A stretch of 64,000 bases of DNA, taken from NCBI GenBank assembly GCA_051251855.1, contig JBPOGI010000006.1, positions 128,001 to 192,000 of the forward strand. The letters run 5' to 3'. The stretch's first letter is position 1. Each line of letters starts with the position of its first letter. The translations under genes were made by a program, and so were the position numbers. The notes below the pieces were generated by a model. That model was given only the letters and a program-made list of their open reading frames with translations. It did no database searches and had not been told where the DNA came from. Of this stretch, positions 16,811-26,407 are shown one piece after another. This DNA is from Roseibacillus sp. (GTDB lineage: Bacteria; Verrucomicrobiota; Verrucomicrobiia; Verrucomicrobiales; Akkermansiaceae).

Positions 16811-17002
16811 GTGAGCTTGCCGGAGTGCCAGTCCGCAGTTTGTTGCCATTCCTGCTGTCGACAGGACATGCCTTCGAGGACTTGCCCGAGATCGAGGCGG
16901 CTGAGTTTGATGGTGATTGTTTCCTCTTGAGGAATTCTTCCGGCCATTCGTCATGGTAAGAATTTTCGGGAAATATGGCTACGGACTATGAGTATCATCG
17001 GG
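16811..17002 (-). repeat. ~190-bp tandem duplicate of 16529-16720 (upstream region plus 5' half of the 83-aa gene; truncated paralog)
   Basis: Period 282 bp. Encodes MAGRIPQEETITIKLSRLDLGQVLEGMSCRQQEWQQTADWHSGKLT and then diverges. Confidence 0.9.
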
Positions 17003-17125
17003 AGAAGGTTGACGCATATGGTCTGGGAGTGCTGTTGCCTTAACGGGGTGTCTGGATGACGGGGTTGGTGGGGCCCCGACCATGTCGGGGGAACCCGGTC
17101 GCAGACCAGCGCTCCCAGTGACGGT

Positions 17126-17175
17126 TCGGTTGGTCAGGGACTGGAATGTCCCTGCTCCTTTGGACTCGCTTTGGG
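17126..17175. repeat. REP-like palindromic direct repeat, copy 1
   Basis: tcggttggtcagggactggaatgtccctgctcctttgg, with CAGGGAC/GTCCCTG hairpin. Confidence 0.85.
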
Positions 17176-17228
17176 CGATTGCCTTTTGGATCTCTGTTTG
17201 GACGGTGGGTCAGGTGAGATGGGGTATG

Positions 17229-17894
17229 CTAGTTTCTCGTTCGGCGGAAAAGTCCGGTAAGCGAAAGTAGAATGAGAAGCATTGTGTGAGGTTCGGGAAT
17301 TGTGACTTGATCACGGATCTCGAAGGAGCGTTCGCTGGCATTGGCAAAGGTCCAGCTGTCTCCCTCACCAAGCTCGCGTCGCGCAAGCCCCCAACCGGGT
17401 TGTCGGTAGAGCAGTCCTAAATCGCTTTCATGCCAAACCCAAAGAGAGCTCTGTTCTAAAGAGGGATAGGTCTTTACCACCGAAAGCCAATAGTCCCCTT
17501 GGTCAAGTGGGATCGTAGCTGCCGCAGTGTAGAGATAAATAATGCCTCCGATCGCTGTCGACCGAGTAGCTGTCGGGGTCAATGGTGCAATGACGGGAGT
17601 TGAAAAAAGGGGTGTTTCCGAGGGGAGCCCGTTGAGGTCTTCGAAAACGCGAATAAGAAAGGTATCTGGGGCGTTGTTGGGCCCAACAATCATGTGGCCG
17701 TGCCACGCAATTTCGCGGATTGTCGAAGCTGTCGAGAGGGAAAAATTATCTGCGGTTTGGTTCAATGATGCCGGATTATTACTCAAGTTGGATGTCCAAC
17801 CCGAGGGATTCTCATCGATTGGGAAATGAGTGTAGAGAACAGCTGCAGATGCATAAATGCTCTGTAAAAACAGAGAGATAGGAACAAGTTTCAT
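17229..17894 (-). CDS. PEP-CTERM-like secreted protein
   Basis: Signal peptide, ADNF motif, and C-terminal IPEPHTMLLILLSLTGLFRRTRN. Confidence 0.85.
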   Translation of the reverse strand: MKLVPISLFLQSIYASAAVLYTHFPIDENPSGWTSNLSNNPASLNQTADNFSLSTASTIREIAWHGHMIVGPNNAPDTFLIRVFEDLNGLPSETPLFSTPVIAPLTPTATRSTAIGGIIYLYTAAATIPLDQGDYWLSVVKTYPSLEQSSLWVWHESDLGLLYRQPGWGLARRELGEGDSWTFANASERSFEIRDQVTIPEPHTMLLILLSLTGLFRRTRN

Positions 17895-17942
17895 GAGATA
17901 GGGTCGCCTTGGTTTTTCTTTTTCGCAAGTGAGAGCGTTGGC

Positions 17943-17992
17943 TCGGTTGGTCAGGGACTGGTTTGTCCCTGGTCCTTTGGCTTTCGCTTCGG
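17943..17992. repeat. REP-like palindromic direct repeat, copy 2
   Basis: tcggttggtcagggactggtttgtccctggtcctttgg. Confidence 0.85.
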
Positions 17993-18063
17993 TCTTTGTG
18001 CTGTCGTGGCGGGAGGGAGATTTTATTTTTCGAAGGGGAGTGGAGTTCTGATAGAGTGCGCTT

Positions 18064-18846
18064 GTGATTGGGTTTCTTGATTCCGGGGTGGGAGGGCTTT
18101 CTGTTTTGCGGGAGGTGCAGGCGTTGTTGCCGGGGGAGGATTTGGTCTATGTGGGGGATTCGGCGTTTTGTCCTTATGGGGCGAAGTCGACGGAGGTGTT
18201 GCGGGAGCGGGTGGGAAAGATTGTGGAGTTTCTCCTAGGCGAGGGGGCGGAGGTGATTGTGCTGGCTTGCAATTCGGCGACCATTCAGGCGGTGGAGTGG
18301 TGTCGGGAGAAATGGCCGGAGGTGAAATTTGTGGGAATGGAGCCGGGGGTGAAGCCGGCGGTGAAGGCGACGGAAAGTGGGGTGATCGGGGTTTTGGCGA
18401 CGGAGGCGAGCTTGACGGGGGAGATGTTCCAGAAGTTGGTGGAGAAGTATGGGCAGGGTTGCGAGGTGCTGACGCAGGCGTGCCCGAAGTTCGTGGAATT
18501 GGTGGAGACGGGTTCGTTAGCAGGGCCGGAGGTGGATGAGGCGATTTGGGAGTATGGCGGGCCGTTGGTGATGGGGGGAGCGGATGTGTTGGTGCTGGGA
18601 TGTACGCACTATCCTTTTTTAAAGGGAGAGATTGCGCGGCTCTTTCCTGAGGTGACTCTGATTGATACCGGTCTCGCAGTGGCGCGACGAGTGGTGGAGG
18701 TGTTGGAGAATCCGAAGGTGGAGTCTGGTGGAGATGAGGTGGTGCGTATTTTGACCAGTGGTGCGCCCGAGGTGTGGAATGAATTGTTGCCTGATTTGGT
18801 GCCGGCAGTAAGGGCCTTGATCTGGCCGCTCAGTTTGAAGGGGTGA
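18064..18846 (+). CDS. murI: Glutamate racemase
   Basis: DSGVGGLSV, PYG, LACNSAT, LGCTHYP. Confidence 0.96.
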   Translation: MIGFLDSGVGGLSVLREVQALLPGEDLVYVGDSAFCPYGAKSTEVLRERVGKIVEFLLGEGAEVIVLACNSATIQAVEWCREKWPEVKFVGMEPGVKPAVKATESGVIGVLATEASLTGEMFQKLVEKYGQGCEVLTQACPKFVELVETGSLAGPEVDEAIWEYGGPLVMGGADVLVLGCTHYPFLKGEIARLFPEVTLIDTGLAVARRVVEVLENPKVESGGDEVVRILTSGAPEVWNELLPDLVPAVRALIWPLSLKG

Positions 18847-18857
18847 AGTTGTTAGTC

Positions 18858-18981
18858 GTTATTGGTTATTGGAGGAGACTTTCGAACTTTAGGAACTCCT
18901 CCGTGCACGAGGACGAGAGTTACTTGGACGCGATGTTGGATGTTGGGAGATTTGAGAGTCTTGAGTCCAATAACCAATAAC
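18858..18981. repeat. Inverted pair of heptamer doublets (GTTATTGGTTATTGG ... CCAATAACCAATAAC)
   Basis: Perfect 15-bp IR at 18858-18872 and 18967-18981. Confidence 0.85.
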
Positions 18982-19035
18982 GCCTCCCCTTGTTTTGGGA
19001 TTTGAATTTTTGAGGATGTGGGCTTCTTTAGGGCG

Positions 19036-20376
19036 ATGACTGCACGACGCGATTTTTTGAGGACGGGGATTTTGGCGGGTGGCTTTGTGGGCTTGCAGCG
19101 GGCGTTGGGGGCTCCGACTGAAAGTGGGGCGCGTTTGTGTGAGGGCTATGGCGGTTTGGTGACGGATGCGGAGAAGGTGATGGATTTGCCGAAGGGGTTT
19201 TCTTATCAGGTGCTTTCGCGTCGAGGAGGAAGGATGAGCGATGGCTTTCAAGTGCCGGGTGCTCCGGATGGGATGGCGGCTTTCCCGGGGAAGGATGGTC
19301 GGGTGGTGGTAGTGCGCAATCACGAGCTGACGCTAGGTTCGTCGGCTTGGGGGGCATTGCCGAATACGAAGAGTTATCCCGAGGGGGTGCCGTGTTACGA
19401 TGCGGGGGCGGAGGGCGAGCTGGTTTATCAAGGGGGGACGACGCATTTGATCTACAATCCGGCGACGGGGGAGGTGGAGAAGGAATTTTTGAGTTTGGTG
19501 GGGACGGATCGGAATTGTGCGGGAGGACCGACGCCTTGGGGCTCGTGGATTACTTGTGAGGAACCGGAGCTGATGATCGAGGGGCGGGGGAAGAACCATG
19601 GCTGGTGCTTCGAGGTAAGGGCGGATGCGGAGGGGGTGGAGGAGCCGGTGGCCTTGAAGGGGTTGGGGCGCTTTCGCCATGAGGCGGTGGCAGTGGATCC
19701 GAAGACGGGGGTGGTTTTTCTAACGGAGGATCGCCACGAGGGGCTGTTCTATCGCTTTGTGCCTCGGGTGAAGGGGGATTTGAGCCGAGGCGGCAAGTTA
19801 CAGGCGCTCGCTTTGTGGGGGCAGCGGCGGAGTGATTCGAGGAATTGGCGAGGGAAGACGATGGAGGAGGGGAAGGCGGTGAAGATGAAGTGGATCGACT
19901 TGGAGGATACGGATTCGCCGAAGGATGATCTACGGATTCGAGGGGCGCGAGCGGGAGCGACGGTTTTTGCTCGTGGTGAAGGTTGTTGGTGGGGGGATGG
20001 CGAGGTGTGGTTTTGTTGCACCAATGGAGGCCCGGAGAAGAGGGGGCAGTTGTTTCGACTGACGCCAAAGGGAGACGGCGGGGAGCTGGAATTGTTTTTG
20101 CAGCCGCGGAAATCGGAGCTGCTCACTAATGGGGACAATCTAACAGTGGCCTCCAATGGTGATATTATCATCGCGGAGGACCGAGGAGATGATAGGTGCT
20201 CGCTGAGAGGGGTGACCGCTGAGGGGAAGGTTTACACTTTGGCGACCAATCGCATGAATGCATCGGAGCTGGCGGGAGTTTGTTTCTCGCCTGATGGGGA
20301 GACGCTTTTTGTCAATATCCAGAATCCGGGGCTGACTTTGGCTATCAAAGGTGATTGGAGCAGCCGGAGATCATAG
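19036..20376 (+). CDS. phoX: PhoX-family alkaline phosphatase, Tat-exported
   Basis: RRDFL signal, PDGM, RNHE, NCAGGPTPWGSWITCEE, GRFRHEA, FSPDGETLFVNIQ. Confidence 0.9.
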   Translation: MTARRDFLRTGILAGGFVGLQRALGAPTESGARLCEGYGGLVTDAEKVMDLPKGFSYQVLSRRGGRMSDGFQVPGAPDGMAAFPGKDGRVVVVRNHELTLGSSAWGALPNTKSYPEGVPCYDAGAEGELVYQGGTTHLIYNPATGEVEKEFLSLVGTDRNCAGGPTPWGSWITCEEPELMIEGRGKNHGWCFEVRADAEGVEEPVALKGLGRFRHEAVAVDPKTGVVFLTEDRHEGLFYRFVPRVKGDLSRGGKLQALALWGQRRSDSRNWRGKTMEEGKAVKMKWIDLEDTDSPKDDLRIRGARAGATVFARGEGCWWGDGEVWFCCTNGGPEKRGQLFRLTPKGDGGELELFLQPRKSELLTNGDNLTVASNGDIIIAEDRGDDRCSLRGVTAEGKVYTLATNRMNASELAGVCFSPDGETLFVNIQNPGLTLAIKGDWSSRRS

Positions 20377-20646
20377 GCCACCTTCGAGATGGTAAAAGAC
20401 GGCGTAGGCGATACCGACAGCGCTCCCAATGGCGAGAACTACTCGGAGATCTCTACTCCTTAAGAACGAGAGAAGATGATGGCTTCTCTGGGAATACCTC
20501 GGGATGGGACTCGGGACAGTGTCGGGAGAGTGGTTCGATTGCTCGCGCCAAGTGCGGAATTTGGGCACTTTTGCCGGAATTCTGCTGGGGCGGAGGACGT
20601 GTCGATTGACGACAGGACTGGCTTGGTTTCGTTGAGAAGCACTCAT
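20371..20646 (-). CDS. Small hypothetical protein with C-terminal TM helix
   Basis: ORF fills the gap between phoX and ilvC and has a hydrophobic C-terminus. Confidence 0.45.
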   Translation of the reverse strand: MSASQRNQASPVVNRHVLRPSRIPAKVPKFRTWREQSNHSPDTVPSPIPRYSQRSHHLLSFLRSRDLRVVLAIGSAVGIAYAVFYHLEGGL

Positions 20647-20835
20647 TTTATGGGCAAGGTTGAGGAGCACGGGGGCGACATTCGTAAGGCACAAAGGTAG
20701 GTCTTTCTGGCTTGCCGCCGCAAAAGACAGGCAGTTGCAGTGCCAAGGGACATGAAAAGTTCTTTTAAGGAAGGACTTTGTCTGCTTGACGATGTGGCCG
20801 AAGGTGTGCAGCCTGCGCCTCCTTTCACCGTAAGC

Positions 20836-21882
20836 ATGGCAGCAAAAATTTATACAGACAAAGACGCGAACATTTCTTCTATCAAACGAAAGAAGCTCGC
20901 CGTCATCGGTTTTGGCTCACAGGGACACGCACACGCCCTTAACCTGAAGGATAGTGGATGCGATGTCGTCATTGGTCTTTATCCCAAATCAAAGTCCCGT
21001 GAAGTGGCGAAGAAGCTGGGCTTCGAGGTCATGGACACAGGTGACGCGGTCGCTGCGGCAGACGTCGTTTTCGTGGCAGTACCTGATACCGTGGTTCCTG
21101 CTTGTTATAAGAAGGACATCGAGCCGAACCTGAAGAAAGGGAAGTGCCTTCTCTTCTCACACGGCTTTGCGATTCACTTCAAGACGATTGAGGTGCCAGA
21201 AGATATCGACGTTATCATGGTCGCTCCTAAGGGACCTGGCCACACAGTGCGTAGTCAATTTGTTGAAAAGAAGGGTGTTCCCACTCTGATTGCGATTCAT
21301 CAGGACTTCACTGGCAAGGCTCACAAGATTGCTCTCGGCTGGGCCAAGGGCATCGGCGGCACTCGCGCAGGTGTTTTCGAAACGAATTTCCGTGAAGAGA
21401 CTGTTACTGACCTCTTTGGTGAGCAGGTGGTTCTCTGTGGTGGCGCTAGCGCGCTCGTGAAGGCTGGCTTCGAGACTCTCGTTGAAGCGGGATATCAGCC
21501 AGAGATGGCTTACTTTGAGTGTTTGCATGAGTTGAAGCTCATCGTTGACCTCATGGTTGAAAGCGGAATCGCTGGAATGCGTTTCTCGATTTCCGAGACT
21601 GCTGAGTATGGTGATGTGACCGTCGGTCCGAAAATCATCGATGCTTCCGTCAAGAAGCGCATGCAGAAGCAGCTCAAGGTGATTGAGAGCGGCAAGTTCG
21701 CGCAAGAATGGACGGAAGAGTATAACAACAAGTGTAAGAACTTTAATGCCATTCGCCGTGAGGAGGCCAAGCACCCTATCGAAAAGGTTGGCACAAAGCT
21801 CCGTGGTATGATGAGCTGGTTGGGAGCTAAGAAGGTTGGTAAAGGTCAAAGCCAAGCTAGCTACGTCTCAGGTTCAAAGTAA
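20836..21882 (+). CDS. ilvC: Ketol-acid reductoisomerase
   Basis: IGFGSQGHAHALNLKDSG, MVAPKGPGH, DLFGEQ.VLCGG, YFECLHELKLIVDL. Confidence 0.97.
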   Translation: MAAKIYTDKDANISSIKRKKLAVIGFGSQGHAHALNLKDSGCDVVIGLYPKSKSREVAKKLGFEVMDTGDAVAAADVVFVAVPDTVVPACYKKDIEPNLKKGKCLLFSHGFAIHFKTIEVPEDIDVIMVAPKGPGHTVRSQFVEKKGVPTLIAIHQDFTGKAHKIALGWAKGIGGTRAGVFETNFREETVTDLFGEQVVLCGGASALVKAGFETLVEAGYQPEMAYFECLHELKLIVDLMVESGIAGMRFSISETAEYGDVTVGPKIIDASVKKRMQKQLKVIESGKFAQEWTEEYNNKCKNFNAIRREEAKHPIEKVGTKLRGMMSWLGAKKVGKGQSQASYVSGSK

Positions 21883-21936
21883 TAACAACGTTTTTATAAA
21901 CTTTGGGAACGCCGGTGGGGACCGGCTCCCAATATC

Positions 21937-21975
21937 AAAGCCGTGCGGTGGGGGCCGCACGGCTTTACTTTTTTC
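21937..21975 (+). terminator. Intrinsic terminator after ilvC
   Basis: aaagccgtgcgg-tgggg-gccgcacggcttt-actttttt. Confidence 0.8.
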
Positions 21976-22099
21976 GTCACGAAAGTGGCACTTTCCCGAA
22001 AAACGGATCTATTTCCGTCGTATGGGGAGGATTGCCTTGAGGTGGAGAGGGATTTGTCCAAACTCGGCGTCAGGCTAAAAAACCACTAAACATACAAAC

Positions 22100-23701
22100 A
22101 TGAGTTCAACAGAAGTAAATCGGAGCCGCCTCTTGTGGGCAGGCTTTATGGCGATTCTCGCCGCAGGTGTCGGTTTCGGTATCCGTGGGGGAATTTTTGA
22201 CAACTGGGCAACAGAATATGGCTTTTCTGCGGCTCAGTTGGGAGCGATTGGAGGAGCAGGATTCACTGGATTCTGTTTCGGAATTATTATCGGCGGTATC
22301 GTGGTGGACAAGATCGGCTATGCCGCACTCGTCATCGCGGCGGTGGCTTGCCACATCTTATCGGCCTTTGTGACCTTCGGGGCGAGCACTCCCGATAATG
22401 CCTATCTGATGCTGTGGCTGGGTATGTTCATCTTTGCCTTCGCTAACGGCACCTTGGAAGCTGTCTCCAACCCTCTCGTGGCGACTCTTTATCCTGAGAA
22501 CAGGAACCACTACCTGAACATTCTTCATGCCTCTTGGCCGTTGGGTATGATCATTGGTGCTCTCATCGGTTGGGTTCTCGACGATAAGATGAACGTGCAC
22601 TGGAAAATCCAGCTCGCGCTCTATCTCGTGCCTACCATCGTTTATGGCCTCATGTTCTTCCGTCAGAAATTCCCTCGCTCTGAGGCTGTCGAGAAGGGGA
22701 TTCCTTTCGCCGACATGTTCAAGGACGTCGGTCTTCTCGGTGGTGCCGTTGTTTGCTACCTCCTCGGTAAGTTCCTTGATGGCTTGATTCCTGTGCCTTA
22801 CCTCGGTCTCGCGATTGGCGCGGCTCTCTGGGTGGGTCTTGGTTTGATGACCAAGTTCTCAAAGGGTTCGGTTCTTCTTTTTGTCCTCTTCATCATCCAC
22901 GCGCTTGTGGGTTCGGTTGAGCTTGGAACGGATGGTTGGATTCAGAATATCACGGGTAACTTGTTCAGCTCTGAGGCTGGTAAGTGGCTCTTCATCTGGA
23001 CTTCGGCGATTATGTTCGGACTTCGCTTCTGTGCTCACTTTATTGAGGAGAAGCTCGGTCTCTCACCGATTGCTTTGCTTCTGGTGTGTTCTGTCCTCGC
23101 CTTCCTCGGCTTGACTTTCGCTAGCGGAATGCAGTCTCTGGTTGCCGCCTTCGGTGCCTTGGGTCTCTACGCGATTGGTAAGACCTTCTTCTGGCCTTCC
23201 ATGTTGGCTGTTGCTTCTGACCGTTTCCCTCGCACAGGTGCAGTGGCTATCTCCCTGATGGGCGGTATCGGAATGATGTCGGCTGGTTTGATTGGAACAC
23301 CGGGTCTTGGTTACATGAAGGACCGCTACTCTGCTGACGAGCTCAAGGCGACCGCGCCTGCTGTCTACGAGACCGTAAAGGCTGAGGAGCCTAGCTCCTT
23401 CCTCGGGATGGCTTCTACGGAGGTGCTACCGATTGACGGTAAGCTGCTTGGTGAAGCCAAGGAAGCTGCTAAGGAAGAAACAGCGACTGACGCTCAGAAG
23501 GCGATGATTGCAGCTGACCAAGTGGGTGACCGCAAGACTCTGAAGTCGGATGCGATTATCCCTGGTATCATGGCTGTGATGTTCCTTGGACTGTTGATCT
23601 ACTTCAAGAGCATCGGTGGCTATAAGGCGTTGAGCATTGGAGATGAGGATGAGACCTCTCAGGCCATGAAGGACGCTGCCAAGCACGCGGGCGAGGCGTA
23701 A
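22100..23701 (+). CDS. MFS transporter
   Basis: About 12 TM helices, GGIVVDKIG loop, NPLVATLYP, and [13 protein letters not shown]. Confidence 0.9.
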   Translation: MSSTEVNRSRLLWAGFMAILAAGVGFGIRGGIFDNWATEYGFSAAQLGAIGGAGFTGFCFGIIIGGIVVDKIGYAALVIAAVACHILSAFVTFGASTPDNAYLMLWLGMFIFAFANGTLEAVSNPLVATLYPENRNHYLNILHASWPLGMIIGALIGWVLDDKMNVHWKIQLALYLVPTIVYGLMFFRQKFPRSEAVEKGIPFADMFKDVGLLGGAVVCYLLGKFLDGLIPVPYLGLAIGAALWVGLGLMTKFSKGSVLLFVLFIIHALVGSVELGTDGWIQNITGNLFSSEAGKWLFIWTSAIMFGLRFCAHFIEEKLGLSPIALLLVCSVLAFLGLTFASGMQSLVAAFGALGLYAIGKTFFWPSMLAVASDRFPRTGAVAISLMGGIGMMSAGLIGTPGLGYMKDRYSADELKATAPAVYETVKAEEPSSFLGMASTEVLPIDGKLLGEAKEAAKEETATDAQKAMIAADQVGDRKTLKSDAIIPGIMAVMFLGLLIYFKSIGGYKALSIGDEDETSQAMKDAAKHAGEA

Positions 23702-23724
23702 GCTGATCTGTAACTGATTTTTCT

Positions 23725-23754
23725 AAAGCCCACTCTTCGGAGTGGGCTTTTTTT
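23725..23754 (+). terminator. Intrinsic terminator
   Basis: aaagcccactc-ttcg-gagtgggc-tttttttt. Confidence 0.9.
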
Positions 23755-23799
23755 ATTGGAGGGTGGACTTTCTTGGCCATCAGCGCAGCTTCATAGGAA

Positions 23800-24573
23800 A
23801 TGAAGACGACCATTGGACGCTGTTCTCCCGAGGGCATTGAAGAGCTGACCGATCAGGTGGCTGATGAGGAGCCCTTGCAAATCACGGTGGATGGCTTTCC
23901 GGTAGCGGTGGTGATGCGGACGCCGGGGGATGACTTGGATTTGGTGAGAGGGTTTCTTTTGACGGAGGGGTTTGTAACGTCATTGAACGAGGTTTCGCGA
24001 GTGGATTTGGAGCAAAAGGACAACCACGCGCTGGTGTTTCTGGCGGATGGAGTAGAATTTGATCGGGCGCGCTTGAGTCGCAATCTCTTCAGTGCGTCGT
24101 CGTGTGGGATTTGCGGCAAGGCGAGTATTGAATCGATTCGACAACACTACGAAGCGGTGCCGGATGGGTTTCGAATTTCGCGCGAGGTGTTGCTGACTTT
24201 TCCTGATCAATTGAGGAAGGCGCAGGATGCTTTTGAGAAGACGGGCGGGATTCATGCAGCGGCTTTGTTCAATTCTGAAGGTCGATTGTTGGTGTTGCGC
24301 GAGGATGTGGGACGCCACAATGCTATCGATAAGGCGATTGGCTGGGCGGTGCAGGAAGGGGTGGGTTGCTCCGAGCTCGTCTTGCAGGTCTCGGGGCGGG
24401 TCTCCTTCGAGGTGATGCAGAAGGCGCTGGCGGTGGGGATTCCGGTGTTGTCAGCGATATCGGCTCCTTCTTCCTTGGCGGTGGAATTCGCGGAGGAGAG
24501 TGGGCAGACCCTCGTGGGTTTTTTACGGCCGCCTACCTTCAATATCTATGCGGGAGCGGCACGCTTGGTTTAG
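23800..24573 (+). CDS. fdhD: Formate dehydrogenase accessory sulfurtransferase
   Basis: EEPL, MRTPG, SSCGICGK, TGGIHAA, EDVGRHNAIDK, SAPSSLAV. Confidence 0.95.
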   Translation: MKTTIGRCSPEGIEELTDQVADEEPLQITVDGFPVAVVMRTPGDDLDLVRGFLLTEGFVTSLNEVSRVDLEQKDNHALVFLADGVEFDRARLSRNLFSASSCGICGKASIESIRQHYEAVPDGFRISREVLLTFPDQLRKAQDAFEKTGGIHAAALFNSEGRLLVLREDVGRHNAIDKAIGWAVQEGVGCSELVLQVSGRVSFEVMQKALAVGIPVLSAISAPSSLAVEFAEESGQTLVGFLRPPTFNIYAGAARLV

Positions 24574-24706
24574 CTTGTGGCTCTGGATGAGTTTTTCCAA
24601 TGACTGCGTTATTTTTCGATTGTTGGTCTCGACCAACTCCTTCGTCACGCCTTGTCCTTGAAAGAACTCATCTCAGCGAGATCGGCAATTCCATCTGGAA
24701 AACGGT

Positions 24707-26407
24707 CTAGTTGAGAATCTGCCAGAGTCCGAACTCGTTCTTTTCCTCAAGGGAGAGACTGTTGGCGCCGGGAACGAGGCGATGGTAGCGATCGATGATA
24801 GTGCCGCTGCTGTATTCTTGAGCCTTGTGAGCGTCGAAATAAAGCCGGAGTCGGAGAGTGTCCGAGAGGGAGGGGCTTTCCATCGATAATTCTCCTTGGT
24901 AAGGGCCCGTCGCTTTGTATTCGACATCGAGAACAGAATGGGTGCCATTGAGGTCGCCACCGAATCCAGTAAGCGAGCCAGACACGCCAGAAGAATTCAG
25001 GGTCACAACGAAATTGTTGAGAGATTGGGGACCGTTGGTGGAATCGATTTGACGGCCTTGAAACTGTATCTGTTTGCTGATGGTGAGGAACTGTTGGGCC
25101 GGCCAAGAGGAGTAGCTCACAACCAACGGATTGACGCGGAAGAATTGGCGCGGGTATGTTTTGCCGAAAGAGACACCGGTCTCGCCTGAGGTGAGGGAAG
25201 GGGTGCTCGACTCACCGGCACGGAACCATTGTTGAAGGTCGAAGGAGCTGTCGACGAGCCGGACTTGGAAGAGCGAGGCGTCGGTGAAGATGCGTGGGTC
25301 GCTGGGAGTGGTGCAATCGATGGTGGCCTGGCTGTCTACAAGGCTTACCTGAGGAGCAGTAGGTGCATCGTCGATGGGCTGATAGGGCGTGCCAATGGTC
25401 TCGAATCGAATGGATTTGAGAGTGGCGTTGCGCGAGCCATTGAGAATGTTTCTAACAAGGGTGCGGCTACCGGATACCGAGGTGGTAGGAATGATGGTGT
25501 TGTTCAGGTAGTTGCCAGAGAAGACGGTTCCGATGAAGGTGTGGCGGCCCTCGAAGTCAGGGTTGCCAGTTAGGCCGGTGACCAAGAGTTTGGAAGCGGT
25601 GGTGTTCGGAGAGGTCAGGTCCTCGTTGGCGAAAGCGACGGCGTAAGTTTGGAGTGAGGTGACGTTGCCCGAGGCGTTGGCAAAGTGATTGCCGAAGACG
25701 GCATTGCTGTTGATAGAGTTGGCGTTGGGGTTAATGACCTCGTTAGGAATCAGCCAACCAGGCGAGGAGTTGACGCCGGAGCTGCGTTCCCCAAGGACCA
25801 TGAAGGGATTGGAGCCACCACTGACGGGAATGGAGCCGGTGTTGTCGTAAAAAGGGTCGCTGGAAAGGGATCCGTTAGATTCGTTGAGGTAAGGGAGGTC
25901 CGGCTCAACGTTGAGCATGTAGCGATTGAAGAGGGAGCTGTAAGAAATGCCGAAATCGAAAGCGTCGAAGGAGTCCTTCTGATGAATCCAAGTGCTGCTT
26001 CCGCTGAGGCGAAAGGTCGCCACGGTGCCTCCTCCGCTGCGGACGACGGTGGCGATGGAATTCGACGGGACATTGACGGCGTTGGTGCTTCCGTTGACCG
26101 AAATGGTATAGGTGTCGACTCCGCCTGGGGTGAGAATGCCATCTTCGTCGGAGGGGCGGTAGAAGCCGGAAGGGTTGTTGGTAAGGGTCGCAAAACCGCG
26201 ATTGCGAAAGTGCTTTAACGAAGGGTCGGCCAGCATCATGAGTTGGGCGATGCTGCGGGGCGCATTATCGGGGTCGAGCGTGATTACGAAGCGTGCATTG
26301 GAATCGGTGGGGTTGGTGGCGGACACCGTGACGATGGCGTAAAGGCTTTGCGAAGGCAGAGGGAGCAGGCTGCAAAGAAGCAGGGAAAAACAGATTAGGA
26401 GTCTCAT
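24707..26407 (-). CDS. Secreted protein with a degenerate cyclophilin-like domain
   Basis: Signal peptide. Segments align by eye with the adjacent PPIase (LDPDNAPRSIA, PGWLIPNE, YAVAFAN, HTFIGTV). Confidence 0.65.
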   Translation of the reverse strand: MRLLICFSLLLCSLLPLPSQSLYAIVTVSATNPTDSNARFVITLDPDNAPRSIAQLMMLADPSLKHFRNRGFATLTNNPSGFYRPSDEDGILTPGGVDTYTISVNGSTNAVNVPSNSIATVVRSGGGTVATFRLSGSSTWIHQKDSFDAFDFGISYSSLFNRYMLNVEPDLPYLNESNGSLSSDPFYDNTGSIPVSGGSNPFMVLGERSSGVNSSPGWLIPNEVINPNANSINSNAVFGNHFANASGNVTSLQTYAVAFANEDLTSPNTTASKLLVTGLTGNPDFEGRHTFIGTVFSGNYLNNTIIPTTSVSGSRTLVRNILNGSRNATLKSIRFETIGTPYQPIDDAPTAPQVSLVDSQATIDCTTPSDPRIFTDASLFQVRLVDSSFDLQQWFRAGESSTPSLTSGETGVSFGKTYPRQFFRVNPLVVSYSSWPAQQFLTISKQIQFQGRQIDSTNGPQSLNNFVVTLNSSGVSGSLTGFGGDLNGTHSVLDVEYKATGPYQGELSMESPSLSDTLRLRLYFDAHKAQEYSSGTIIDRYHRLVPGANSLSLEEKNEFGLWQILN

